Shown one piece after another: positions 19,320-34,098 of a stretch of DNA of 64,000 nucleotides (positions are counted from its first letter, which is position 1; each line of letters opens with the position of its first letter). The translations under genes and the position numbers were made by a program. The DNA is from an uncultured Methanosarcinaceae archaeon. Its GTDB lineage: Archaea; Halobacteriota; Methanosarcinia; Methanosarcinales; Methanosarcinaceae. The stretch is from assembly GCA_963727895.1 (NCBI GenBank), contig CAVSHT010000012.1, forward strand, positions 128,001 through 192,000, read 5' to 3'. Under the pieces are notes generated by a model that saw only the letters and a program-made list of their open reading frames with translations, ran no database searches and was not told where the DNA came from.

Positions 19320-19577
19320 ATGAGTTGTAAACCGATAACATTTCTTGAAGTTAAGCCTGATACCTTTAACTGTCTGAAAAAAAGGCTTCAGGGTTATGGT
19401 ATCCAGGTTCCGGCAGGAAACAGGGGAGAACTGTCTGGCAAAGGGGTTATTGCGAATTTCGAATGGGACGGACAGTCCACTCTCACTATTACAATCACGG
19501 AAAAACCGTTTATTGTCAGCTGTGATGTCGTAGCCCAGCAAATAAAAAGTTTTGTAAGAACTTGTCACGGCTCGTAA
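19320..19577 (+). CDS. Small hypothetical protein, paralog 1
   Basis: RBS AGGAGG; aligns end to end with the 19680-19961 protein. Confidence 0.8.
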   Translation: MSCKPITFLEVKPDTFNCLKKRLQGYGIQVPAGNRGELSGKGVIANFEWDGQSTLTITITEKPFIVSCDVVAQQIKSFVRTCHGS

Positions 19578-19679
19578 ATATTCTCTCTGATTCGTGGGGA
19601 AATTTAGAATTAGCTTCGAAAATTAGCTTCGAACTACAATAAGAATTAATTTCACAGAAATTAATTTTTGATTCAGATT

Positions 19680-19961
19680 ATGAGTGAAAGGAAACTGGAT
19701 ACTGAAGGCTGTCAGGGGATTAAATTCACAAATGTGACTCCTGATATCTTTTCTTGCATGAAGAAACAACTTCAAGTCTATGGAATCGAGTTTTCATCAG
19801 GAAATTCCAGAGTGCTTGAAGGAAACGGAATAGTTGCCCATTTCAACTGGGATGGTGAGACAAACCTGTCAATTGAGATCAAGGAAAGATCTCTGGACAC
19901 TTACTGCGGGCAGGTAAGTGGAATGTTCAGGTTTTTCTGGCGTGAGTGTCAGGGTTTATAA
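19680..19961 (+). CDS. Small hypothetical protein, paralog 2
   Basis: Shares VxPDxFxCxKKxLQxYGI, GN, AxFxWDG and four Cys with the upstream ORF. Confidence 0.75.
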   Translation: MSERKLDTEGCQGIKFTNVTPDIFSCMKKQLQVYGIEFSSGNSRVLEGNGIVAHFNWDGETNLSIEIKERSLDTYCGQVSGMFRFFWRECQGL

Positions 19962-20261
19962 AGTGAAACCAATCCATGCTTACATCAGGATTACGTGTGT
20001 TTTTACCTTAAAATCGTGTATTTATTTGGATAAAACGGTTCAGGTATATTTTAAAGTAAAAGCGAGAAGTACTTTAAGTTCTTTGTTGAGAATACTTAAT
20101 ATGTATTTTTCACACCTTCTTCACACATCTTCTTCACTTTGTTTTTTGTTTGTTATTTGAGTGTCTACTTTTCGTAATTATTTTGTTTCAATCCTTTATA
20201 TCTAAAGATACCAGTATTTATATAACTTTAAAACACATGAGTACCATGGAGATGTAAAAAT

Positions 20262-20687
20262 ATGTCTGAATCTCCTAACCGATTTCATTGCCTTGATGCC
20301 GATGTTTGGATTGAGGTTCCAGATAGGGTAATAGGCGTTACTGGTAATTGCTACGTTGGACGGGATTATATCCCTAAAAACGGTAAAACACGATACGATG
20401 TGAGGATCTTCGTTAAGGAAATCAAAATGGAACAAGAGGACCATGATACATTGATTAACGATAATGCTCTAAAATTATCTCGACGTAAGTCAGATGACAT
20501 TGATGCTTTGATTGAGAAAGGCGTGAATCTGAAAAATTTCGGAAAGTACTATGAAGCTCTGCAAGCATTTGAGAAAGCACTAGAACTCGAACCTGAGAAA
20601 AATCGTAGGGATTCTAGTGATCTTCGTCTTCGTGGCGCTCGTAATAAGACCTCTGAAAGGGATCGAAGCAACAATGTAGAACAGTAA
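20262..20687 (+). CDS. Hypothetical protein with one TPR motif; N-terminus possibly AbrB/DUF2080-like
   Basis: ALIEKGVNLKNFGKYYEALQAFEKALELEP is a clear TPR; RBS-like GGAG upstream. The N-terminal assignment is tentative. Confidence 0.6.
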   Translation: MSESPNRFHCLDADVWIEVPDRVIGVTGNCYVGRDYIPKNGKTRYDVRIFVKEIKMEQEDHDTLINDNALKLSRRKSDDIDALIEKGVNLKNFGKYYEALQAFEKALELEPEKNRRDSSDLRLRGARNKTSERDRSNNVEQ

Positions 20688-20784
20688 ATTAAATGAACGC
20701 AAAATTTGACTTCGAATTTTCAGCAAATTCGTGAAACTACTGAAATGCTACTAAATTTTAACAATTTACAAACTTGCACTTTAA

Positions 20785-21045
20785 TTAATAAGCATCTTTA
20801 TGATGAGCCAATTTTACTAACGTCACAGTTTGTTCTTTTTCATTAACAGAAAAACATAGTACAAAGTTAGAATCAACATGCACTCGCTTGTACTTATTCA
20901 AAGGATAGTTGAGATTTTTGTAGTGCTGAGGATTAATGCAAATTTCATCAGCTTTCTTGAATACTGCCTCAAACAGTACATGATTCTTTTTGTTTAACTT
21001 TCTCAGCTCTTTTGAAAGTTTTCCTTTGATTAATAATTTGTACAA
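20785..21045 (-). CDS. Type II TA toxin, RelE/YafQ family
   Basis: Basic 86-aa protein with YKNLNYPLNKYKRVHV...FVLCF...LAHHKDAY; lies directly downstream of an acidic antitoxin. Confidence 0.85.
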   Translation of the reverse strand: MYKLLIKGKLSKELRKLNKKNHVLFEAVFKKADEICINPQHYKNLNYPLNKYKRVHVDSNFVLCFSVNEKEQTVTLVKLAHHKDAY

Positions 21046-21047
21046 GC

Positions 21048-21314
21048 TTACTCATCCTCATCAGGCAAGCTTTCGATGTATGCTTTTAGTTCACTGGCAT
21101 TTTCAAATGGCCCAATTACTTCATCATTTTCCGAATCAAGCATTTCTTTTATGAACTCAGGCTTGTATTGAGATTCAAGTATTTTTTCTTCATACTGAGC
21201 TACAACTAAGTCAAGAGCTGCACTCTTATCCTTTAGATTATATTTGGCTTTAACAATATTCAGAACCTGATTTGTTCTGTCTGATAGTTTAACTCTAGCT
21301 TGTATCATATGCAT
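21048..21314 (-). CDS. Antitoxin, DUF2683-like (RHH N-terminus, acidic C-terminus)
   Basis: MIQARVKLSDRTNQVLNIVKAKYNLKDKSAALD...KPEFIKE; 2-nt gap to the toxin gene. Confidence 0.8.
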   Translation of the reverse strand: MHMIQARVKLSDRTNQVLNIVKAKYNLKDKSAALDLVVAQYEEKILESQYKPEFIKEMLDSENDEVIGPFENASELKAYIESLPDEDE

Positions 21315-21420
21315 CCCTTATGCACATAATATGCACACGTTATCTATAAAACTATCTTTCTGTGAAGTCGAAAAATACTGGTTTTTATGAGAAAACATCT
21401 GTATACTGCAGATTTTTCTA

Positions 21421-22301
21421 TTATTCCTGAGGATTTTCTCTCTCAATTGGATTTATTATCCAATTGCTACAAGATTTTAATTTTTTAACAATTGATGGTG
21501 GTAGTGGATTGTTTGCTAAATGATTATTGCAGAAACAAACACGTCTTTCATAGTTTTCAGCTTTTTCGTAATAGTAAATTATAACGGCAGAAATTTTATC
21601 ATTCTTTTTTCTTTCTCCAGGCTCCAAAATCCCATCAAGCCTTATGTGATCAAATCCAAAACCACGTATTATGTTAGTAATTTCATGGTAAGATGTGTTT
21701 TTTATTTTTAATGCAATAATACCTGGGTGAGCAACAGACAATTGCTCCCTTTCTGTCTAAGTTTTCCTGCAAACTTTATAGGCTTGCGTTTTGTAATATA
21801 GCCATAATCTACAGAACTATTTTCAATTTTTTCCCATTCGGCATCTTTTTCATTCCAATGAATCTTTGATCCATCACACCAGATTATTCCAAAATCACCA
21901 AAAAATGTAGAAACTTCAATAAATATCTGGGGGTCAACATTTGTAACCTTGATATCATTATTTTTACTGTTTTCTAGAGGTGGAGGCTCAAATTCAATAT
22001 CAAAACCTATTTCTTTACATAATAATCCTATTTCCAATTCTGCTAGTGCACCCTGATAGTTCTCTTTATTTCCAAGCTTATTTTGAAAATGATCCTCTGC
22101 TTTTTTGATTTCGTCTTTTAAAGTTAATAAGCAATTCTCAACATGTTCAAGATAAGCAGCAGAAAATTCATCATTTTTTATTATCTCTTCTACTATAGGG
22201 TGTTCCGTTTCTTCTTTTGTAAGTTCTGTTTCAATCCATTCCTGCGTAAAAAAATCAGCAATATGAGGGTATTTCCTATTTATTTCTAAAAAAGATGTCA
22301 T
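21421..22301 (-). pseudogene. Frameshifted PD-(D/E)xK nuclease-like hypothetical gene
   Basis: The two overlapping ORFs join as KLRQKGEQLSVAHPG if one G is added at about 21747. Contains an ELEIG...EFEPP...NDIKV...IFIEV pattern. Confidence 0.6.
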
Positions 22302-22393
22302 AATAAAAAAATGTATTATGAATTATATTATTATTCCTATCATATCATGATAATTTATAAAGTATACAGAACTTTCAGTGTAATACTATTTAT

Positions 22394-23087
22394 GGTATTG
22401 ATACTTAAACATAGTTATATACTATTAGAAAGTATATTTCTTCATGAACTGCCCCAAATGCAATAGTTCCAGTCACAAAAAGAACGGTATAGTTGGCGGG
22501 CGTCAACGGTACAAATGCTCTGATTGTGGCTATAACTATACAGTAGAGCTAAAATCAACTGCTTTTTCCGCTTCTGTAAAAAGACAGGCTTTACAACTTT
22601 ACCTTGAAGGATTGGGCTTTCGTTCAATAGGAAGAGTTTTAGGGGTGAGTCATGTTTCTGTCCAAAAATGGATAAAGAAATTTGGTCAAGAGTGAGAGGA
22701 CCTAAAAAGTGAAAATGAGATATCTATTGTTGAAATGGATGAGATGCATACTTACATCTGTAACAAAAAAATATTAATGGATCCTTTTGGTAACAGAGGA
22801 ACAGAAACTGGAAAACTACTTTGGGAAAAAGTGAAGAAAAAAAATTGGAGAAGTGATGACAGATCACTGGAGAGCATATGCAGAGTTTCTTCCTGAAACG
22901 ATTCATACTCAATCCAAAGCAGAAACGTATACTGTTGAAGGATATAACAGCATATTGAGGCACTTTCTAGCAAGATTGAGAAGAAAGACAAAGTGTTATA
23001 CGAAGAGTCTTGAAATGCTAAAGTACTCGGTTATTCTATTGATGAAATACAGAAATAAAGAGTTAACTATGTTTAGTTAGCAATACC
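22394..23087 (+). mobile_element. IS1-family element, defective
   Basis: Terminal IRs GGTATTGATACTTAAACATAGTTA and TAACTATGTTTAGTTAGCAATACC; InsA Zn-ribbon/HTH (MNCPKC...RYKCSDC); InsB TDHWRAY...VEGYNSILRH. Premature TGA at 22693-22695 and an internal deletion of about 40 bp. No target-site duplication seen. Confidence 0.9.
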
Positions 23088-23214
23088 AAATATAAAACTA
23101 GATATATTTAAGTAACAATGCCCTATTTATTTACTCTATATAACTTACGCACTTGAAACAAAAACAGTAGCATTAAACCCATATCTTACTAAAATTAAAA
23201 TTTAACTATGACTT

Positions 23215-25332
23215 TTACTTTTGCCTTTTTTCTTTTCTTCTTATCAAACACTTATGGGCATTTCCTACAAGGTCAAGTCTTCCTGCCTTCTCTAGAGCTT
23301 CATATACAAGTTCGTAATTTGCAGGGTTCCTGTAGTGCATGAGGGCTCTCTGCATGGCTTTTTCTTTCTTACCTTTTGCAACGTATACTTTTTTGCCTGT
23401 GAACGGGTCCAGTCCCGTATAATACATGCATGTCGATACGGTCATAGGAGTTGGAGTAAAGTCCTGTACCTGTTCGGTATAGCCTCCATGGTCCCGCACA
23501 TACTCTGCCATTTCTATCATATCTTCAAGAGTACAGCTCGGGTGACCTGACATCAGGTAGTTTACGATGTACTGTTCTTTGTCGCACTTCCGGTTGAGAG
23601 CTGTAAATTTCTGGGTAAATTTCTCGTAGACTTCCCTGCCTGGCTTGCACATTGCATTTGTGACCTGCCTTGAAAAATGCTCAGGCGCGATTCTTAATTG
23701 CCCGCTGATATGGTGAGCGCAAAGTTCTTCGAGGTATTCTTCATCTTTAAGAGCCAGGTCATAACGTACCCCGTAACCTGTAAAGACCTGCTTAACTCCC
23801 GGAAGTTCGCGCAGCCGGCGTAAGAGTTCAAGCAATTTTTTGTGGCTGGTATCCAGGGCAGGGCAAACGCGAGGATAAAGGCAAGATTTGTCCAGACAAG
23901 CTCCTTTTTTCTCCCAGGTTTTACACTCCATGCCGTACATGTTTGCACTTGGACCGCCAACTCCGTTTATAATGCCCTTGAAATCCGGTTTTTCCGTTAG
24001 CTTTTTTGCTTCATGCAAGACAGATTCAATGCTGCGGCTTGCAATCATGCGTCCCTGGTGTTCTGTAATTGCACAGAAAGCACAGCCTCCAAAACATCCT
24101 CTGTGCGTTGTAAGAGAGAATTTTACCATTTCCAGGGCAGGAATGGGTTCAGTATAAGAAGGATGTGTTTCACCAGTAAACGGCAGTTCATATACATGAT
24201 CCATTTCAGCTTCTTTAAGGAGGCGCATTGGTCTGTTCTGCACAATTACGGTTTTCGGGTGAGGTTGAATAACCTCTTTTCCAGAAACAGGGTTCTGTTC
24301 TGTGAAATACATACGAAAAGCCTTTGCAAAAGCTGCTTTATCCTGAGAAACTTCTGAAAAGGAAGGAATTTCCACATATTCTTTTAAAAATTCGGCTGGA
24401 TCATCAGCTTCGGTTGGATTCTCAGCTATTTTTTCGTTTGTTTGTTCATATTTTTCCTGATATTGTTTTTCAGATTCCTTTTTTTCCGGTTTCTTATTAT
24501 TCGGGCTGTTATCTGACTTTTCGACTCTTTCTTTGTCGAATTTTTCTTTGCCTATTTTTTCTTTGAGTTCTTTCCAGGCTTTAACTTCCATCTTCCAGAC
24601 TGTGCCCGGAATATCTCTGATATTTTTGATATCTTCCCCGGTTTTCAGTCTTTTTGCAATTTCCACAATTTGAAGTTCTCCCATACCGTAGACTATCAGG
24701 TCAGCAGGCGCGTCAGCCAGAATTGATTGTCTAACCTTATCTGAAAGATAGTCATAATGAGCAAAACGACGTAAAGAAGCCTCAATCCCCCCTAACACTA
24801 TAGGCACTTCAGGGAATGCCTCTTTAATCCTGTTTGAGTAAATTATCACGGCGCGATTCGGGCGAAGTCCTGCTTTTCCTCCGGGGGAATAAGCATCCTT
24901 ATTTCGCGGCTTCAGTCCTGGGGTCAGGTTGCTGACCATAGAATCAGTATTTCCTGCACTTACTGAAAAAAAGAGTCTTGGTTTTCCAAATTTTTTGAAA
25001 TCTTCAGGGCTGTCCCAGCGCGGTTGGGCAATAACTCCTACTCTAAAGCCAGCATCTTCTAGGACTCTTCCTATTATTGCCGTACCAAAACTGGAGTGGT
25101 CTACATAGGCATCTCCAGTAACAAGAATAATGTCAAGCTCCTTCCAGCCGCGAGCTTTCACTTCTTCATGACTCCTTGGAAGGAATTTCGATAAAGGTAT
25201 GCGAGGAGAGATGAACTTTCCTTTCCTTTTCTTCTTTCCTTGTTTGGTTCCAGATCTCTTCTCTGATTTCTTTACCTCTTTGATCTGGGATTTTACTTCT
25301 GAGAACTTTGAAACTGCTGGATTTTTCGCCAT
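23215..25332 (-). CDS. YgiQ (UPF0313) radical SAM protein
   Basis: TGDAYVDHSSFG, GGIEASLRRFAHYD, RGCFGGCAFC and QVQDFTPTP motifs. Confidence 0.93.
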   Translation of the reverse strand: MAKNPAVSKFSEVKSQIKEVKKSEKRSGTKQGKKKRKGKFISPRIPLSKFLPRSHEEVKARGWKELDIILVTGDAYVDHSSFGTAIIGRVLEDAGFRVGVIAQPRWDSPEDFKKFGKPRLFFSVSAGNTDSMVSNLTPGLKPRNKDAYSPGGKAGLRPNRAVIIYSNRIKEAFPEVPIVLGGIEASLRRFAHYDYLSDKVRQSILADAPADLIVYGMGELQIVEIAKRLKTGEDIKNIRDIPGTVWKMEVKAWKELKEKIGKEKFDKERVEKSDNSPNNKKPEKKESEKQYQEKYEQTNEKIAENPTEADDPAEFLKEYVEIPSFSEVSQDKAAFAKAFRMYFTEQNPVSGKEVIQPHPKTVIVQNRPMRLLKEAEMDHVYELPFTGETHPSYTEPIPALEMVKFSLTTHRGCFGGCAFCAITEHQGRMIASRSIESVLHEAKKLTEKPDFKGIINGVGGPSANMYGMECKTWEKKGACLDKSCLYPRVCPALDTSHKKLLELLRRLRELPGVKQVFTGYGVRYDLALKDEEYLEELCAHHISGQLRIAPEHFSRQVTNAMCKPGREVYEKFTQKFTALNRKCDKEQYIVNYLMSGHPSCTLEDMIEMAEYVRDHGGYTEQVQDFTPTPMTVSTCMYYTGLDPFTGKKVYVAKGKKEKAMQRALMHYRNPANYELVYEALEKAGRLDLVGNAHKCLIRRKEKRQK

Positions 25333-25495
25333 GGTTTGCTTTTAAGCTCCTCGTTTTTAACTTCTGATTTACAGATATTAATTACCGATTTAACAGCTAT
25401 TTTGACTTTTTGTTGACTTTTTGTAGCTTTTTTGTAGCTTTTTTGTAGATTTCTCTTACTGAGCTCTATTCCTTAACATTAGTGGTGAGTTGGCT

Positions 25496-26137
25496 TTATT
25501 CTCCAGTCATCATTTTTAACATTCTGTATGAAGCCATAATCTGGTTGTTCCCATCTCTGTCTGTAGGAGCTCCATGTCCAGGGTACAGGTTTTTAACATC
25601 CAGTTTTGTGAGCTTTTCTATTGAACTAGCCATTTTTTCAGGTTCTGAACTTTCAAAATCGGTTCTTCCAAAACCTCCGCCTGAAAACACAGTATCTCCG
25701 GAAAAAAGACTTTTTGAGACTGGTTCATAGAGGCAGATACTTCCTTTTGAATGACCTGGGGTATGAATAACTTCCAGATATTCCCCATTTCCTATGTCTA
25801 TTTTATCTCCATCTTCATATGTAATAGTAGGCTTGACTACAGGAGCCCGTTCTCCAAAAATCATGGACATGCTAAGATAGTCGTTATTTACGCTTTCAAG
25901 ATCAGCTTTGTGTATTCCTACTTCTGCACTGCTTTTCTCTACAATAGCTGCTGCTGCCGCGGCATGATCGTAATGGCAGTGGGTCAATACTATCAGTTTC
26001 AAGTCTGTGAGCTTGATGTACTTTTCCAGTTGCTTAATAATAAGGTTGCTACTCATTCCCGCGTCGATCAGGACTCTCCCATTTACCAGATAAACGCTGG
26101 AGTCGTAAGCTGTAGGGCATATGTACTGGACTTCCAT
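25496..26137 (-). CDS. MBL-fold metallo-hydrolase
   Basis: THCHYDH, HTPGHS, FSGD and PGHG motifs. Confidence 0.92.
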   Translation of the reverse strand: MEVQYICPTAYDSSVYLVNGRVLIDAGMSSNLIIKQLEKYIKLTDLKLIVLTHCHYDHAAAAAAIVEKSSAEVGIHKADLESVNNDYLSMSMIFGERAPVVKPTITYEDGDKIDIGNGEYLEVIHTPGHSKGSICLYEPVSKSLFSGDTVFSGGGFGRTDFESSEPEKMASSIEKLTKLDVKNLYPGHGAPTDRDGNNQIMASYRMLKMMTGE

Positions 26138-26240
26138 AGTTTTTCCTCTTTACCTTTCTTCCTTATTATTTTCTTTTAATTTATAGCATTATTTCTCAGT
26201 CCACTATTTTCTTTTAAAATATGTCTGAGAATTCTGAGAT

Positions 26241-26999
26241 TTAGATATTAAACACTCTGCGCGCATTTTCGGTTGTTGATTTTGCAATTTCTGCTGGATC
26301 CATATCTTTAAGTCGCGCTACTACAGGGATGGAATCTGCTATAAAAGCAGGTTCGTTTCTTCCTTTGCGCGGAGAAAGGAAGGGGCTGTCAGTTTCCAAA
26401 AGCAAGTTTTCAAGTGGTACCGCTTCTACAAGATCCTGATGATACTTGGAAAAACAGACAAGGGTTGCCATGGAAATGTAGTACCCCATATCCACGATTT
26501 TCTTCATGGTCTCAATAGAACCGCTATAACAGTGATAAATAACTGTGTCTACGTTTCTGACAAGCTTCAGTACTTCTTCTTCAGCCATTCTTGCGTGCAC
26601 TACAAGAGGTTTGTCCAGATTTTTTGCAAGCTCAATTACTTTTTTGAATGCAACAGTCTGTCTTTCACGTTCTTCAGTTGTTTTACAGTCCTGAAAATCT
26701 AGACCTGCTTCTCCTATTCCTACTGCTTTTTCAGCATTTGTTTCAATCTGAGCAAGAATAGCGTTTATCTCTGTATCTTCTCCTTCTCTGCCAATATCAG
26801 GACTTAAGCCAAGAGCGGCATGAATATCTTCGTGTGTTTCCGCAAGTTCAAGGCTAATGCAGTTGCCTTTTAGGGAAATTCCGGAATTGATCATTCCAAC
26901 AATTCCTGCCTCCCTGGCTCGGAGGATAGACTCTCCTCTATCGCGGTCGAATTTAGGAAAATCAAGATGACAGTGAGAATCAATAATTGGATAAGGCAT
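26241..26999 (-). CDS. tatD: TatD family DNase
   Basis: DSHCHLD, GIGEAGLD, VVHAR, HCYSG and LETDSP motifs. Likely start is MPYPII at 26999. Confidence 0.92.
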   Translation of the reverse strand: MPYPIIDSHCHLDFPKFDRDRGESILRAREAGIVGMINSGISLKGNCISLELAETHEDIHAALGLSPDIGREGEDTEINAILAQIETNAEKAVGIGEAGLDFQDCKTTEERERQTVAFKKVIELAKNLDKPLVVHARMAEEEVLKLVRNVDTVIYHCYSGSIETMKKIVDMGYYISMATLVCFSKYHQDLVEAVPLENLLLETDSPFLSPRKGRNEPAFIADSIPVVARLKDMDPAEIAKSTTENARRVFNI

Positions 27000-27157
27000 G
27001 GGTCTGTATTCCACCTCATTTTATTTTACTTTTTATACATGGGTTTTGGAATATAGACTCAAAAAATGAGTAGGGGAGCCAGTTCTTATCCTATTTTTTG
27101 TTTTTGACGTTTTAATTATTCAGGCTCTTTAATCCGTTTTATCTGGCTCCAATCAAT

Positions 27158-28666
27158 TCAGTTTTTTGCCTCTTTTTTATACAACAGGTTCATAGCATTT
27201 ACAAGGGCTTCTACAGAAGCCATAACTATATCTGGGTTTGCAGATCTTGCAGTTACAACTTTCCCCTTTTCATTTTCGAGACCTATGTATACATCTGCAA
27301 GGGCATCTGCTCCTCCTGTAATTGCTTCGATCCTGAATTCCTGGAGCCTAAAGTGGTTACTTTCTCCCAGGATGTCTCTTACAGCTTTCAGGGCGGCATC
27401 TACAGGGCCAACTCCGGTTCTTGCTGCAATGGTTTCTTTACCTTTGATATCTGCTTTGACTACTGCAGTCGGTGTGAGGATATTTCCTGTCATTACAGAA
27501 ACTTCTTTGAGTTTGATAAGTTCTTCTTCAGAACTTGCTTTCCCTAGCACTGCCGAAGCAACCGCATAAAGATCAGCATCTGTAATCTGCTTCCCTTTAT
27601 TTGCAATCTCTTTTATTCTGGATACTATTTCATCAAGCTGTTTGTCGTTGCTGATTATACCTGCAGATTCTAGAGATTGCTTGACTGCATGTTTACCTGT
27701 GTGCTTACCAAGTACAATACGTCGTCTGTGTCCTACCATTTCCGGAGTCATTATTCCAGGTTCGAAAGTATCGGATTTTTCGAGTACTCCCTGACTGTGA
27801 ATTCCTGACTCATGGGAGAAGGCATTTTGGCCTACGACAGGAGTATTTGGAGGCAGTCTGATTCCAGTATAATTTTCAATCATTTTCGAGGTTTCTACAA
27901 GATATTCGGTTCGAATATTCGTTTTTGCCCCGTAGATTGAGGTCAGACTCATGACTGTCTGGGAAAGATCGGCATTTCCTGCCCTTTCACCAATGCCGTT
28001 TATTGTAACCTGAACCTGAGATGCGCCTGCCTCAACTGCCATAAGGCTGTTTGCTACAGCAAGTCCAAAATCGTTATGGCAATGTACATCAATGGGAATC
28101 GTTATTTCTTTCGCGATATCCTTTATCTGTTTATACATTGCAGATGGGATCATAATGCCAACGGTATCTGGCACGTTAATTATATCGCATCCTGCTTCCT
28201 GCACTGCTTTGAAAACCTCAATGAGATATTCAGGTTCGGTTCTCGTAGCATCCATTGCAGAAAACATGCATCTTCTCCCGTTCTCTTTAATGTATTGGAC
28301 AGATTCCACAGCCATTTGAATGACTTCTTCCTGGCTCTTTTTTATGGTATATGTCCTCTGTACTTCAGAAGTAGGGACGAAAGTATGCACAAGTCCAACA
28401 TCACTTTCAAAACAAGCATCAATGTCTTTTTTCAATACACGGGCAAGGCCACATACTTCAAGATCCAACCCGGCATTAGATATTGATTTTACGGATTCTT
28501 TATCTCCTTGTGATGAGATCGGAAATCCAGCTTCTATAATGTCTACCCCTAGTTTATCAAGTTGATGGGCAATTTCTAGTTTCTGGGCAGAAGTTAGAGA
28601 TACCCCTGGGGTTTGTTCTCCGTCACGCAGTGTTGTGTCAAAAACAGTTACCTTTTTATTCTTCAT
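27158..28666 (-). CDS. leuA: 2-isopropylmalate synthase (LeuA/CimA family)
   Basis: DTTLRDGEQTPG, HCHNDFG, GIGERAGN, HESGIH and a C-terminal regulatory domain (GVGPVDA). LeuA versus CimA cannot be fully resolved by eye. Confidence 0.8.
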   Translation of the reverse strand: MKNKKVTVFDTTLRDGEQTPGVSLTSAQKLEIAHQLDKLGVDIIEAGFPISSQGDKESVKSISNAGLDLEVCGLARVLKKDIDACFESDVGLVHTFVPTSEVQRTYTIKKSQEEVIQMAVESVQYIKENGRRCMFSAMDATRTEPEYLIEVFKAVQEAGCDIINVPDTVGIMIPSAMYKQIKDIAKEITIPIDVHCHNDFGLAVANSLMAVEAGASQVQVTINGIGERAGNADLSQTVMSLTSIYGAKTNIRTEYLVETSKMIENYTGIRLPPNTPVVGQNAFSHESGIHSQGVLEKSDTFEPGIMTPEMVGHRRRIVLGKHTGKHAVKQSLESAGIISNDKQLDEIVSRIKEIANKGKQITDADLYAVASAVLGKASSEEELIKLKEVSVMTGNILTPTAVVKADIKGKETIAARTGVGPVDAALKAVRDILGESNHFRLQEFRIEAITGGADALADVYIGLENEKGKVVTARSANPDIVMASVEALVNAMNLLYKKEAKN

Positions 28667-29419
28667 AGGTTCGATATAAAAATCGATCCCTTCTTTCAGT
28701 TTTTATATCCATAATAATCATCTATTTTAATGCAGATTTCTTCTATATAAATCTCACGAGAGTTTTTTAATATTTTTCTATATGTTTTATTTTTAAGTTT
28801 TTGATATAACCTCCAATAGAAAACTATTTATACTAAATCCTCTATTCTAAGGTTGCTTCTCAAGGTGTCACACGACATCTACGAGAGTGAAAAACGGGAA
28901 TTGAAAAACGAAGCTTATTAACAAAGCTTAAAGGTACCAAAAAACGGTATATCAAAAACGGATATAAAAGGGTGCCTAAAGCCGTTGTTTTTGGAACAAT
29001 GGCTCTTAAAAATGGACAAGTTAAGGATTCAAAAGCACAATTCTTTTGAAATCTTTCAACTATTCTCTTTTCCCTCTTCAGGAATAAGTATATATATCAT
29101 TAACTCCTTGTGGATATCCCTCTCACAATGCGATTGTGTTGAGGTGAATAACACAAAGCTTTATATATAAGAAATCCCTTGTATGTATTCCTGCGCAAGT
29201 TGATTGCGTAGGTGAAAAATTATAAATTTCTTTCATCTTTTAATGGAGACAAGAGTTTTTTCTTGTCTGACGAGGATTTTTGTCGGTTCGGTTAATTCTG
29301 GGCGGTGAGAGTTTTTTCATACAACAATCATCGCGAAACGAATAATAACTGAATTGATAGTTGTTAGTGCAAGTTTCTGCGACCAAGACCTTTAATTTGA
29401 AGTGTGCGATACATTAACA

Positions 29420-30894
<1,475 letters not shown>

Positions 30895-31101
30895 AAGCAA
30901 AAAAACCGACTGCCCAGATGCCGATAAACCGATACAAAATCCTCAACCCATTAAACAATTGATCATCACAAATGATCAATTCATCATACTCATCAAATGC
31001 ACCCGGAAAGTAAATTTTCGGGGAAGGGCTGATTGCCTGTGTTGACACTCAGGTACATGAAGTCATGTATAAGTGCTGTATATTGGACGCTTACTGGACC
31101 T

Positions 31102-34017
<2,916 letters not shown>

Positions 34018-34098
34018 AAGTCCAGGCGAAATCCATTATGCAGCACATCTATACATGACTTCATTTCCTCATCAATTCCGCAATCCCCTTCATATATT

